Shown here piece by piece: positions 1 to 12,927 of a stretch of 64,000 nucleotides of DNA (the first letter of the stretch is position 1; each line of letters begins with the position of its first letter). The notes under the pieces were generated by a model. That model was not told where the DNA came from. It saw nothing but the letters and a program-made list of their open reading frames with translations, and ran no database searches. The DNA is from Octopus sinensis. Taxonomy: Eukaryota. The stretch is from NCBI RefSeq assembly GCF_006345805.1, contig NC_043007.1:2790001-2854000 (forward strand), read 5' to 3'. The translations under genes and the position numbers were made by a program.

Positions 1-236
1 TAAATGTATAATTGCACATTCCATATGCTAAATGTTGATTAAGAATATAATATTGTATAACATATATAATGTGATATGGTATGGTATATATATATATATA
101 TATAATATATTATATATATATATATAATATATATATATATACCGGAGTCACATAAATGTGAAACAAGGTGGAAAAAGAGTACTCAAATACCAGTGGTAGA
201 GTAATATGCTTTATTTTAAGCAGCAGAAAATTCAAC

Positions 237-284
237 AAAATCTGTTACTCTGAGTTTCTCGTTGCCGTTCATCAGACAGTTTTT
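237..284 (-). ncRNA. Minimal type I hammerhead ribozyme (mirror of 5591-5638)
   Basis: Reverse complement of the 5591-5638 motif. Confidence 0.85.
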
Positions 285-1257
285 GCTAGAATGGAACATA
301 TATATTAATTCAATCTATACTCTTACAAACGCTACACCTTTAAAAAGAAATGGACTTGTTTGATTGGCCCTTTAGAAAAAACGGTCAATCTTCGAGCGAT
401 AAACAAAAGTGGTCAAAAATATATGTATTAATATATAAAAAACTTATAAAAATTATAAAAATTATAAAATCCGAGAAAAAACCGAGGAAAAAACCTATTG
501 CCGTTAATGAAGACAGTACAAATTAATGCATAGAAATTAAACCTGTATAAATACTGCAATACATATTTATATTAAAATCCACATATATATATCAACATAC
601 ACAAAAGGATGGCGCGTAAACGCATACATACATATACAGACGATGAATATGAATCTAAATTATACACATAAAAGCATGTGTACTATATTCACGCAAACCG
701 TCTCGCACGCAAGCTAAAATTCATCTATGTAGCAATTCTCATATACTGAGCAAGGAGGGGGAACGAAAGAAAGGGAAAGAGAGAAAAGGAACGAAAGAGG
801 GGTGGGGGAAACTTGTAGCGATGTTATTGGCATCTATAGAGGCCAGTATACATACACAAGTTGAATTGATACATATACATACGTCGTGTGTATGCGTGCT
901 TAAGCACAAGCATACTTTCACTTACACATACACAGATACGCATGCTTACAAATACTATGCTTTGCTATACACAAACTTATAAACATTCTAAATTTGACAA
1001 CATTGCTTTTTTTAAAAAAACATTGCTTTTAAAAAAAATGGGTGGCATTAATAAAATATATACGAAAGACATAATAAAATATAACAAACATCCTATTTTG
1101 GGTCATTTATAAATAATCAAGGTAATATAAATAATCAAGGTAATCCTATGCAATACAATAACATAAAACAAAGTTTGTAGGTTTTTCCTAATATATATGT
1201 AGAAACAATAAGACTTTGCTATAGATCCGTCGTAGCGCTTAAGAGTCAAAATCAAAA

Positions 1258-2838
1258 TCAAAAATCAAAATACAAAATATATACTCTATCCATATGGTAT
1301 ATTATATTCGACATTTTAAATTTAGCCGCGTGCCTACATAAGTTCATTAACTCACTTCTTTGATTCAAAGAATTATTGTCTTTGAATAATATGTGCATTT
1401 TTTCTAATAAGCAAAGCTTGCACTTGAAATTATATTTGTAAGCTCCATGCCTGTATGGTGCCGCCCTGTCCAGAATGCTCCATGTCACGTTGAAAGGTGG
1501 GGCTTCCTTTTCTTTTAGTTCCCAGACATATTTTGCTAGGCTGGTTTTCTTCCTATTCTCTGGGTATTTAAAAGAATTCTTATGAGAATAAAATCTTGTT
1601 TAAAATGAATTTTCTGAAGCCCCTGTGTATGTCTTGTATTCGATGAGCCTTCCACTTGCACCTTGGCTCTATAAACTACTCCTTTCACTAGACATTTCCC
1701 TTCTAACGGACAGGAGCTTTCGTTTTTGCAATTACATTTCTTAATGGGCTCGGCACCATGTCTAATCTCAATTAGCTTCCTATTATGTTGGCTAATGTAA
1801 GAGGCGAAATTTCTGCAACAAGAATAGCTAACCTTCAGGGTTCTTCTATTAAATATTCTGTAGAATTTATGACCCTGCTTAAAATGCTTAGAGACTAATC
1901 TCAAAAATTCCTTACCTATATTAGTCTTTACGGCCAAATTGAAAGCCGGGTTGAACCACAAAACTTTCCTGGTCCTAGTTCTTCGTGCAGCATTATTATT
2001 AGCATTAAGCTGGTTGAACTGGATCTTCTCCGAGAATCCACTATTCTTCAATGCGCTATCGTAATAAGGTGCAGCATTATGGAATGCTGCCTCGTCCGAA
2101 GAAATTGAAGATATTCTTCTACCTACATTGCTGACTAAGTTGCTAAGGATAACTGGTGGATGGTTCGAATCTTTGCTAATATACGATAGCTTTTCATTGG
2201 GCTTACGGAAAGGTTTAAATCTATCCGATCTTACATTAAAATTTACGTCTAAAAAATCTACACTATTCAGGTTAGTATCTATCGTAATCCGTAAGCCCAT
2301 CCTTGAAAGAAAGCTATAAGGTCCTTCCTAAGTCTATCTGATTCATGGCCGTTTAGATTATGCGTGGCTATAAGGCCGTCATCCCTATATAGACCTGCAT
2401 CTATAAATGGGAATTCTATTTTTAGATTATGGAGAATAAAGGCTCCTATGAGCATACATAATTCAGCCCCGTCGTATGCCCCCATCGGTACATCGAAAAG
2501 AGAATCCTCAGTCTTCTTAATCCAGGTGGAATCCTCGAAAAACAGAAGCGATTTCCTCGCATGCATAATAATTTCAATTTCCGAGCTATCGATGTTGACA
2601 TACTGCTTGGCGAAGTCCAATGCCCTTAGGAGCAACGTCCTAGATATCGACGGGTAAAAGTCAATAATGTCGAATTGTGTGAAACTACGATTATTCTTAT
2701 AGCTAATACCTTTAAACCACTCTATAACTGACTTACTATTCTTCTTCAAATTCTCAAGTCTACTTCACTATCTAACTTAACTAAAATACGGTCCAAAATA
2801 TTTTTGCTAATAATTCCTATCTCAGTTTTAGCCGGATT
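1258..2838 (-). pseudogene. Frameshifted PLE RT + GIY-YIG ORF, mirror copy
   Basis: Same motifs in ORFs 2279-2749, 1536-2300 and 1258-1488. Frameshifts fall at different positions from those of the plus copy. Confidence 0.88.
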
Positions 2839-4620
2839 CTGATTTCGAATAGTGTCACGGACACATACAAAAAAGACACACGAATATATACAAAGAGGTG
2901 AACTTAGAAGCAAGAGGAATAGCTAACGATCTTAAGATTAGCGATAGGATTGAATACCTTTCACCACGACCAGCTTTTATTACTCTGAAAGACCATAAAG
3001 ACAATTTTAGTAGAAACCCCAAATGTAGGTTGATAAATCCGGCTAAAACTGAGATAGGAATTATTAGCAAAAATATTTTGGACCGTATTTTAGTTAAGTT
3101 AGATAGTGAAGTAGACTTGAGAATTTGGAAGAATAGTAAGTCAGTTATAGAGTGGTTTTAAAAGGTATTAGCTATAAGAATAATTGTAGTTTCACACAAT
3201 TCGACATTATTGACTTTTACCCGTCGATATCTAGGACGTTGCTCCTAAGGGCATTGGACTTCGCCAAGCAGTATGTCAACATCGATAGCTCGGAAATTGA
3301 AATTATTATGCATGCGAGGAAATCGCTTCTGTTTTTCGAGGATTCCACCTGGATTAAGAAGACTGAGGATTCTCTTTTCGATGTACCGATGGGGGCATAC
3401 GACGGGGCTGAATTATGTATGCTCATAGGAGCCTTTATTCTCCATAATCTAAAAATAGAATTCCCATTTATAGATGCAGGTCTATATAGGGATGACGGCC
3501 TTATAGCCACGCATAATCTAAACGGCCATGAATCAGATAGACTTAGGAAGGACCTTATAGCTTTCTTTCAAAGGATGGTCTTACGGATTACGATAGATAC
3601 TAACCTGAATAGTGTAGATTTTTTAGACGTAAATTTTAATGTAAGATCGGATAGATTAAACCTTTCCGTAAGCCCAATGAAAAGCTATCGTATATTAGCG
3701 AAGATTCGAACCATCCCCCAGTTATCCTTAGCAACTTAGTCAGCAATGTAGGTAGAAGAAGTCTTCAATTTCTTCGGACGACGGCAGCATTCCATAATGC
3801 TGCACCTTATTACGATAGCGCATTGAAGAATAGTGGATTCTCGGAGAGAGATCCAGTTCAACCAGCTTAATGCTAATAATAATGCTGCACGAAGAACTAG
3901 GACCAGGAAAGTTTTGGTGGTTCAACCCGCTTTCAATTTGGCCGTAAAGACTAATATAGGTAAGGAATTTTTGAGATTAGTCTCTAAGCATTTTAAGCAG
4001 GGTCATAAATTCTACAGAATATTTAATAGAAGAACCCTGAAGGTTAGCTATTCTTGTTGCAGAAATTTCGCCTCTTACATTAGCCAACATAATAGGAAGC
4101 TAATTGAGATTAGACATGGTGCCGAGCCCATTAAGAAATGTAATTTCAAAAACGACGAGCTCCTGTCCGTTAGAAGGGAAATGTCTAGTGAAAGGAGTAG
4201 TTTATAGAGCCAAGGTGCAAGTGGAAGGCTCATCGGAATACAAGACATACACAGGGGCTTCAGAAAATTCATTTAAAACAAGATTTTATTCTCATAAGAA
4301 TTCTTTAAATACCCAGAGAATAGGAAGAACCAGCCTAGCAAAATATGTCTGGGAACTAAAAGAAAAGGAAGCCCCACCTTTCAACGTGACATGGAGCATT
4401 CTGACAGGGCGGCACCATACAGGCATGGAGCTTACAAATATAATTTCAAGTGCAAGCTTTGCTTATTAGAAAAAATGCACATATTATTCAAAGACAATAA
4501 TTCTTTGAATCAAAGAAGTGAGTTTGAACTTATGTAGGCACGCGGCTAAATTTAAAATGTCGAATATAAATATACCATATGGATAGAGATATTTTTTGTT
4601 TTTGATTTTTGATTTTTGAT
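2839..4620 (+). pseudogene. Frameshifted PLE RT + GIY-YIG endonuclease ORF (about 590 codons retained, N-terminus missing)
   Basis: RT motifs DFYPS, MGAYDG and YRDD (about 3485-3496), CxC-x5-CPLxGxC linker, VVY..YTG nuclease motifs, LCLLEK and LNQRSE. Interrupted by 1-2 nt indels. Confidence 0.88.
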
Positions 4621-5590
4621 TTTGACTCTTAGCGCTACGACGGATCTATAGCAAAGTCTTATTGTTTCTACATATATATTAGGAAAAACCTACAAACTTT
4701 GTTTTCATGTTATTGTATTGCATAGGATTACCTTGATTATTTATATTACCTTGATTATTTATAAATGACCCAAAATAGGATGTTATATTTTATTTTATAT
4801 GTCTTTCGTATATATTTTATTAATGCACCCATTTTTTTTTAAAAGCAATGTTTTTTTTAAAAAAAGCAATGTTGTCAAATTAGAATGTTTATATAGTTTG
4901 TGTATAGCAAAGCATATGTATTTGTAAGCATGCGTATCTGTGTATGTGTAAGTGAAAGTATGCTTGTGCTTAAGCACGCATACACACGACGGTATGTATA
5001 TGTATCAATTCAAACTTGTGTATGTATACTGGCCTCTATAGATGCCAATAACATCGCTACAAGTTTCCCCCCACCCCTCTTTCGTTCCTTTTTCTCTCTT
5101 TCCCTTTCTTTCGTTCCCCCTCCTTGCTCAGTATATGAGAATTGCTACATAGATGAATTTTAGCTTGCGTGCGAGACGGTTTGCGTGAATATATGTACAC
5201 ATGCTTTTATGTGTATAATTTAGATTCATATTCATACGTCTGTATATGTATGTGGCGTTTACGCGCATCCTTTGTGTTGTTGATATATATATGTGGATTT
5301 TATATAATATGTATTGCAGTATTTATAACAGGTTTAATTTCTATGCATTAATTTGTACTGTCTTCATTAACGGCAATAGGTTTTTCCTCGGTTTTTTCCT
5401 CGGATTTTATAATTTTTATAATTTTTATAAGTTGTTTTTATATATATATACATATATTTTTGACCTTTTTGTTTATCGCTCGAAGATTGACCGTTTTTTC
5501 TAAAGGGCCAATCAAACAAGTCCATTTCTTTTTAAAGGTGTAGCGTTTGTAAGAGTATAGATTGAATTAATATATATGTTCCATTCTAGC

Positions 5591-5638
5591 AAAAACTGTC
5601 TGATGAACGGCAACGAGAAACTCAGAGTAACAGATTTT
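5591..5638 (+). ncRNA. Minimal type I hammerhead ribozyme
   Basis: aaaa-ctgt CTGATGA a-cg-GCAA-cg-a GAAA ctc-a-gag TA acag-a-tttt: intact core, stem I ctgt/acag, GNRA-capped stem II, near-palindromic stem III, GUA cleavage after 5629. Confidence 0.85.
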
Positions 5639-5666
5639 GTTGAATTTTCTGCTGCTTAAAATAAAG

Positions 5667-5718
<52 letters not shown>

Positions 5719-6079
5719 TGTATGAATGTATGTATGTAAGCATATGTTCGGACTTGCCTTGTTTTCGCTTTCATGCTTTCCTTTTCTTTGTGTGTATATC
5801 GTGTAACTATCAAATCAGAGGCTTCACACAGTTGTTTTTCCTAACATATAAAAGCTGCTGTAACGCATTAAAATATTTGTTGTAAAAATTTTCATATTTC
5901 CAGAAAAATAACAGAAATTTACTGCTGAGTTTTCTCGAACAACACGAATTGACTCGGTGTGTGTGGTACAATTTAAAAAAAGCACCTTAAACACGAATAT
6001 CGAAACCAGCTCATTCAGAAATAACACTTGCGACGCTAAAATACAATAATGATGATGACGACGACGACAACGATGATTG

Positions 6080-6114
<35 letters not shown>

Positions 6115-6913
6115 GTTATAACACCAAGAAAAACGAGAAGAAGAAGGAGAATGATGAAGATAATGACAACAAAATGTCGCTGAGATTTACGAAAATGTAT
6201 TATCAAGTTTTTTCTAAATAATCTTCAGGCAAAATATTAGAAGAATCTCTTACGTGTTGGCATTAATTATATTTTATCGGATAACGAAGTAAGTGTTCAT
6301 TAGTCGATAAAGAGATTTTTCATTGCAATCTTTAAAATATATCGATTATAATAAAGTCATTAGTGAGTCTTCACTCACTTAAGTGAACACTTTAAAGGTA
6401 ATTATTATTATTATTATAATTATTATTTATCTTTTCACATCAATATCCTTTATAGAAATATTCGCTACGCAAAGTGTTTTTCAAGTGCTGCCTATTAAAG
6501 AACGAAAGAATAATATCATCCCGAAAAACAATTCGTGGTCCGAGAAACCGGATTGATTTTAATTCTTGCTTTTAATTTCATTTCGCAACTTTGTTACACA
6601 GATCCAAATATTCATTATCAACTACAGTCTTACATTAATCTTTTCGCTTCTTGCAGTGGTTGGATTGCGTCCATGCTGGGGCACTGCATTGAACGGTTTA
6701 TTTATTCGAATGAACTCCAGTATTTAGTTTTTCAAAAGGTGTCGTCTCTTTTGCGGAACTGCTAAGTTATGAGGTCGTAAACAAACCAACACCTGCTGAG
6801 AATAACATCAAAACGCACCAACATACAGACACGCACACACAAACACACGCTTACGCACGCACACACACACCCATATATTCTTTTATTCTTTCATTTGTTT
6901 CATTCATTTGACA

Positions 6914-7095
6914 GCGGCCATGCTGAAGCACCACGTTTAGTCGTACAAATCTACCTCAGAACTTATTCTTTCTTAGCCTAATACTTATTCTATCGGTCTC
7001 TTTTGCCGAACATCTAAGTTATGGGGACGTAGACACGCCACGAGTGGTTGTCGAGCGATGAGGGGAGGGCAAATATTGACACAGAAACACACACA

Positions 7096-7142
<47 letters not shown>

Positions 7143-7402
7143 GTGTATATATATATGTATATGTATATATATATTATATATATATATATGTATATATATG
7201 TATGTATATATATATATATATATATAATATATATACATACGACGGGCTTCTTTGAGTTTCCGCCAACCAAATCTAAAAACAAGCCTTTGGTCGGCCGGAG
7301 GCTATAGTAGAAGACACTCGCTCAAGGTGTCACAGTATGGGACTGTTCCCCGAACCATATGATTGGTACGTAAGCTACTTACCACACAGCCACTCCTGCG
7401 TC
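6914..7402 (-). mobile_element. tRNA-derived SINE with internal (TA)n expansion
   Basis: Reverse complement reads GTGGCTGTGTGGTAAG..GGTTC..CACCTTGAGCGAGTGTCTTCTACTATAG..GAAGCCCGTCG. Same family as 32887-33273. Confidence 0.75.
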
Positions 7403-8609
7403 TATATATGTATATGTGCGTGCGTGCGCGCGCGCGCACGTGTGTGTGTTCTACTTACTACAACTTGGTTACATTCTCTCAAATATATTTGCTCTCATTT
7501 ATATCCATAGCAGTTTCAAAACATATCTAATTGCTATAACACGTGTTTGTGTGCACAGGGTTCCCAAAATTATTACCGTTTATTCCTCTGGAAAGACTAC
7601 GCAGCACATTCAAACACTATAGCATTTTCAAAAGTCAAGAATATCAGTTATGTCAAACATCCAGGAGGAGCAGGAGGAGGACGAGGAGAGGAGGAAGAGG
7701 GGGAGGAAAAAGGGAATGCACAGGTTTTCGAGTTTAATTTCAGCAAATGTGGAAGCCTTCTAGAGATTCATCGAAAGAAATTAATTTCCGGCGATTCAAT
7801 GCTTTCAGAAAGTGGTTTATATATTTGTAGATCTATAATAAAGAGATGTGGTAATTATGCATGGAATCTTTGCTTTTCTGGTCTTGGAATGCTTAACGGT
7901 AATTTCTCTATATTACACACTAACACACGCAATTATATGCCTTAATTTCCACCGGCACCACCAACACATATATGCAAACACACGTACGTTAAAAGATACA
8001 CACATGCGTACGTACAGACACATGCATACATACATACGTACATATATAAATACATTACATACATACACACATTACATAGGTGCATATATGAGGACTTTGG
8101 AATACATGACAGGGATTAATAAAACCATAGTAATGCAGGAAAAAGATTAGACATTAATGAGAAAAGTCATGACTTTTATCCTGACGAAGAGGAATTAACA
8201 CGAAGAACCTGAACCTAATGTAGTGCCAACTTTGATTTTATTTTCCTTTTTTCTCTCTTCCTTATATACATAGACGTTTGATACTGGCTTCTGCGCAAGC
8301 ATGGGTGTGTGTGCTTCGTATCTATATCGAAAAGCATGCGTAGACATGCAAGAACGCGCAGCCTCAAACTTATTTATCAAGCAAAGAATGAATGATACAC
8401 CATAGAACATTTTTTCCTTCTGTAGCTAAGACGAAGGAAAAACGCAAGTGTCACTAAGGAATGAGATATACTTGCTTAACCATCCATCAAATTTCTTCTT
8501 CCTGTGATATTTATACATATGTATATATACATGCACCCCCACCCACATACATACGCTTCTATGTATATATATATATATATATACAAAATGGGACAAGAAC
8601 GTAAATCAT

Positions 8610-8790
8610 CCAGAAGACGATACAAAAAACACGGACGGGTTATTCGAAGCCTTTAATCTTCAGTCAAGAACCGGATCATCCTCGCAATTTCGGCTGATTA
8701 ATCTTGAGATTGCTCCAATCTGGCCAGCCCCAAGGAAAAACTAAGCTAAGAGCATTAGATTCCTTGGAATAAAGCTTCGAATGTATATAC
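8610..8790 (-). repeat. Short interspersed repeat end next to (TA)n, possibly a PLE terminus
   Basis: Non-microsatellite block between TA/TACA runs, with a hammerhead-like CTGAAGA..GAA remnant on the minus strand. Confidence 0.35.
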
Positions 8791-8813
8791 ATATATATAC
8801 ATACATACATACA

Positions 8814-8908
<95 letters not shown>

Positions 8909-9820
8909 ACTTATTTATGGGATTTTATTCACACCCAATTAAGTGCTTACATATTATCATTCGCAAATATGCATAAACAAGTCTCTAATGTGTGTATTAA
9001 CTTTTAAGGCAATTCAGTTTCCTTGAAGAAATCAAAATCTGGAAGCAAGTGGTTAATTCTTGGAGTAATATTTCTATCAAGTATTCTTCTCTATATCGCC
9101 CGGTTATTATATGAAATATTTTCGTTATTTCACAAATGAATAATTTTTTTCTTTTTCTTTTTTTTTTTTCTTTGGTTTCCTTGATGTGCAATATTCATGT
9201 CTATTCACAGATCTTAGCTATTGGAGAATCTCAGTTAGTTATATCTGTATTGAAATCATTTCTTTGTATTTTTTCCCCGCTGGTTTCACAAAACTGCATA
9301 TGTACAATGGTGTTTTTGTTACGATAATATCTTTAAGCATTTAAGGGTAAATAGCTGGGTTTTTTTTATACAGCCCACGTTTTCCTTGGAATTCTCATTT
9401 AAAACTGGAATGTTTTTACTCATATGAAAAATTTGTATAAACAGCAACTCATCGAATATGATTCCACAGCATTATAATCTAAGTCAGTTTTCTCCAAAAA
9501 TGTATGTGTGTGTGTGTGTGTTGGTGTGTGTGTCTGTGTGTATGTGTGTGTGTGTGCGTGTGTGTGTCCGTGTGTGTGTATGTGTGACTGTGTGTAAAAC
9601 AATGCATAAACAATGGTCATTACATATTTTTCAATATGTAATGATCGACCATTATTTATGCATTGTCTTCAATATCACACTCTGTAAAGACCAGTATAAC
9701 TGGAACACAACCGTAGATTTACAATAACCATGAACGCCGGAGTTCTTTACTAATCTAAACAGTATTCTTAGCTTCTTAGCATTATAAACTATTTTAACAA
9801 GATTGGTATATATATATATG

Positions 9821-10421
9821 ATCAAAATAAGCAACAAGAATGACTCCGGTAATTTGGTACGATCCTTTCGTACTACATCATTTTATTAAATGTTGTAAGT
9901 ATTACAACAGTTTTAAAATGCTGAGCACTCATCAGCCAATTATAGAGGTTTTCCATTAATACAAAAATGTTCATATCAAGTGGCAACATTATAGAGAAGG
10001 TAGATATATAGACAAATATGTGGATTTAAATTTTAAGAACATTTGAGGTAGTGGAGCCCATCAACTGACTGACTAAGGTTCAGTTGTTCCAGACTTTTGC
10101 AAGGTTCTGAGAGGGAAGAACAAATGTATCTAGATATCTACCTTCTCTATAATGTTGCCACTTGATATGAAAATGTTTGTATTAATGGAAAACCTCTATA
10201 ATTGGTTGATGAGTGCTCAGCATTTTAAAACTGTTTTAATACTTACAACATTTAATAAAATGATGTAGTAAGAAACGATCGTACCAAATTACAGGAGTCA
10301 TTCTTGTTGCTTATTTTGATTATAATCACCCCACGGATTTTTATGGATAACACCATACAGAATTTCTGGTGCATCTAAATGAAGTACCATATTCATTTTG
10401 AATCTAAATTTTTGATGAACT

Positions 10422-10424
<3 letters not shown>
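9821..10424. mobile_element. Foldback element: about 190 bp inverted arms (9821-10012 / 10129-10320) plus about 100 nt right tail, flanked by (TA)n
   Basis: atcaaaataagcaacaagaatgactccggtaatttggtacg at 9821 versus cgtaccaaattacaggagtcattcttgttgcttattttgat ending at 10320. Confidence 0.75.
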
Positions 10425-10463
<39 letters not shown>

Positions 10464-10565
10464 CGAGAGAGAGATATAGAGAGAGAATGTATATATATAT
10501 ATAGAGAGAGAGGGGGAGTGAGAGGGAGAGAGAAAGATAGTGACATAGTTATACATATGTATATA

Positions 10566-10797
10566 CCACAGTAAGCACAAAAGTGCGAAACAAGGTGGAA
10601 AAAATAGTACTCGAATACCAGAGGTAGAGCAATATGCTTTATTACAAAAGTAGCAGAAATATTACAAACAGTGTTACTCAGAGTTTCACGTTCCCGTTCC
10701 TCGTGAAAAAAGAAAATAGAATAAAACTGTCCGAAGAACGGGAACGCGAAACTCTGAGTATCAGTGTATTTATGATATTTCTGCTGCTTTTTAATAA
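10566..10797. mobile_element. Diverged foldback of the 3' end of the 142-5666 PLE family, with tail on the left and degenerate hammerheads
   Basis: 10566-10690 resembles 142-260 (gaaacaaggtggaaaaa.agtactc.aatacca..ggtagag.aatatgctttatt). Right arm reads CCGAAGA acgggaacgc GAAA ctctgag TA. Confidence 0.8.
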
Positions 10798-11195
10798 TAC
10801 ATATGTATATATAATATATACGTATATGCACTCACACACATGCACACACACGCACACACATATATGAAATAACAAAGACAGCTATACGAAATATAAAACC
10901 AGAAAGCAAAAATTCATTCGTCACTAATTGGGACTGACGCTGCAGGCAAGCTCCTACATTCTTAGAAATAAAAGTCAAACCCTTACAACCGCTACAAAGC
11001 ACATACGGAAGAGATAACCGCCACACGGCCAGCGAGATCAACATACTAGTCTAAATATGTGTGTGCGTGTGTGTGCTTGCGTGTGCCTCTGTTTCTGTGC
11101 GTTTTCATGAATGTATGTATGTACATCTATGTTTATATATACATACATATATACATACATACACACATACATACATACATACATACATACATACG

Positions 11196-11256
<61 letters not shown>

Positions 11257-11280
11257 ATATACGTATATGTATATATACAT

Positions 11281-11368
<88 letters not shown>

Positions 11369-11735
11369 CTATATATAATTTCAATACCGAACAAATAAAT
11401 CACGAGAAAATAATTAGTGAAGTTATCATTGGCTCTGACATAATCTAGTGTAACAACTTAAAGCTATATGTGATTGCAGGCCCAAAGAGCATTAAATATC
11501 TGAAGGATTAAATTAAGCAAAGGACATATTAAGTATGTCTGCCTGCAGGAAATAACAGTCAAAACTCTTATTTCTTTTGGCGAGTGAAATATGTGTTTTG
11601 ACTCTTATTTCCAGCAGTTAGAAATACTTAGTAAGTCCTTAGATTAATTCATTATCTATATCTATCTATCTATCTTTTTATTTATGTATGTATATATATA
11701 TATACATTATATAAATTATTACATTATTACATACT

Positions 11736-11825
11736 GAATTCGCCTTAAATGGTCCCTTTGCATACTGAATACTTGGTGAAATTGATTAATAATTCATTAA
11801 TTTTACCCTCAATTGTTGAAATTAT
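11736..11825 (+). repeat. Solo copy of the tail of the 25079-25634 foldback family
   Basis: tgaattcgccttaaatggtcccttt.catactgaatacttggtgaaattgattaataa..aattttaccctcaattgttgaaatt matches 25546-25634 and is followed by (TA)n. Confidence 0.75.
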
Positions 11826-12479
11826 ATATATATATATATGCATGTATGTATGTATATCTGTATGTATGTATATATGTGCAAAAATATATATATGCATATA
11901 ATCATGCTTATGTTAGAAACGATTTCTTAGTAATTTAGTCCTAATTACAAATCGAATAATCAATGTAAAGCGAAAATTGGAGTCTTCATATTTCTAAATC
12001 ATTTATAAGTTGAAAAGAAAGAATATTCTAATATTCAAATGAACGCTGTCTGTGATTCCGATACTGAAACTTTGCCTTTTTCTCTCTCTATATCACGAAT
12101 GGCAACTTGTTTAAATACATTTATAAATCAAATTACACCCACAAATCTAGACATAAAATACGATTTGTTCAAATGTTATTTAATTTCAGTTTGGTTAAAA
12201 ATTTCAAATTAACAGCTGGATTTTAGAATTTGATAAAAACAGCCTGAAACTAAATCTCATTATTGACTAATTTATTCCATCAAGAATTTCCATTGAATAA
12301 TTGAATTCTCTTAAAATTTAACACATTGGATAAATATAACATCCTATCGCATGCAGTAAGATTCATATTCTTTACAGGCTGTTGATGCATTTCTCGACGT
12401 ACATGTCAAATTTGAAACCAGCCGATTGTGAATCAAATTTGATACCTCCTTTCCGTGTTGTCCCCTTTTATTTTCCTAC

Positions 12480-12518
12480 TCCATCATCATCGTCGTCGTC
12501 GTCATCATCATCATCATC

Positions 12519-12552
<34 letters not shown>

Positions 12553-12584
12553 TCATCATCATATCATCATATCATCACCATCAT

Positions 12585-12625
<41 letters not shown>

Positions 12626-12737
12626 GCAGCAGCGGCAGCAGCAGCAGCAGCAGCTTTGTCGTCATCATCTTCGGTGTCGTTGTCATCGTCATCATCACAA
12701 CATCATTATCGTTATCATCATATTTATCATCGTCATA

Positions 12738-12772
<35 letters not shown>

Positions 12773-12927
12773 TATTATTATTATTATTATTATATTATTA
12801 TTATCATCATTATTATTATTAACATCATTATTATTATTATTATTATTATTAGTATTGTTGTTGTTGTTATTATTATTATTATTATTGCTGTTGTTGTCGT
12901 TATTATTATTATTATTATTATTATTAT
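12480..12927. repeat. Compound trinucleotide microsatellite (CAT/CAC/CAG/TAT/GTT)
   Basis: Seen directly; explains the poly-S/H/A/I/L ORFs. Confidence 0.95.

Larger units (their letters stand above)
142..2838 (-). mobile_element. Penelope-like retroelement (Naiad-type), 5'-truncated, left arm of foldback, carries 3' tail 142-208
   Basis: Minus-strand ORFs 2279-2749 (FDIIDFYPSI, MGAYDGAELC, GLYRDDGL), 1536-2300 (FLDVNF thumb, KCNCKNESSCPLEGKCL, GVVYRAKV) and 1258-1488 (KCKLCLLEK...LNQRSEL..CRH). Reverse complement of 3036-5666. Ends in (TA)n. Confidence 0.93.
2839..5666 (+). mobile_element. Penelope-like retroelement (Naiad-type), 5'-truncated, right arm of foldback, lacks the 3' tail
   Basis: Plus-strand ORFs 2898-3161 (AFITLKDHK..NPKCRLINPAKTEIG), 3152-3739 (RT core), 3833-4207 and 4104-4469 (VVYRAKV..YTGASENSFKTRFYSH, GIY-YIG). 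Ends at AAATAAAG followed by (TA)n. Confidence 0.93.

Noticed and set aside
1258-4620. Selenoprotein-type Naiad (in-frame UGA plus SECIS), known for some Naiads
   Set aside because: The Cys positions I checked (KCNC, CPL, GKC, SCC, KCKLC, LCRH) use TGT/TGC in at least one arm, with no TGA. I found no convincing SECIS in 4620-5590.
8628-8670. Minus-strand CTGAAGA..cttcGAAT hammerhead-like string
   Set aside because: GAAT instead of GAAA and no stem I; at most a decayed remnant.
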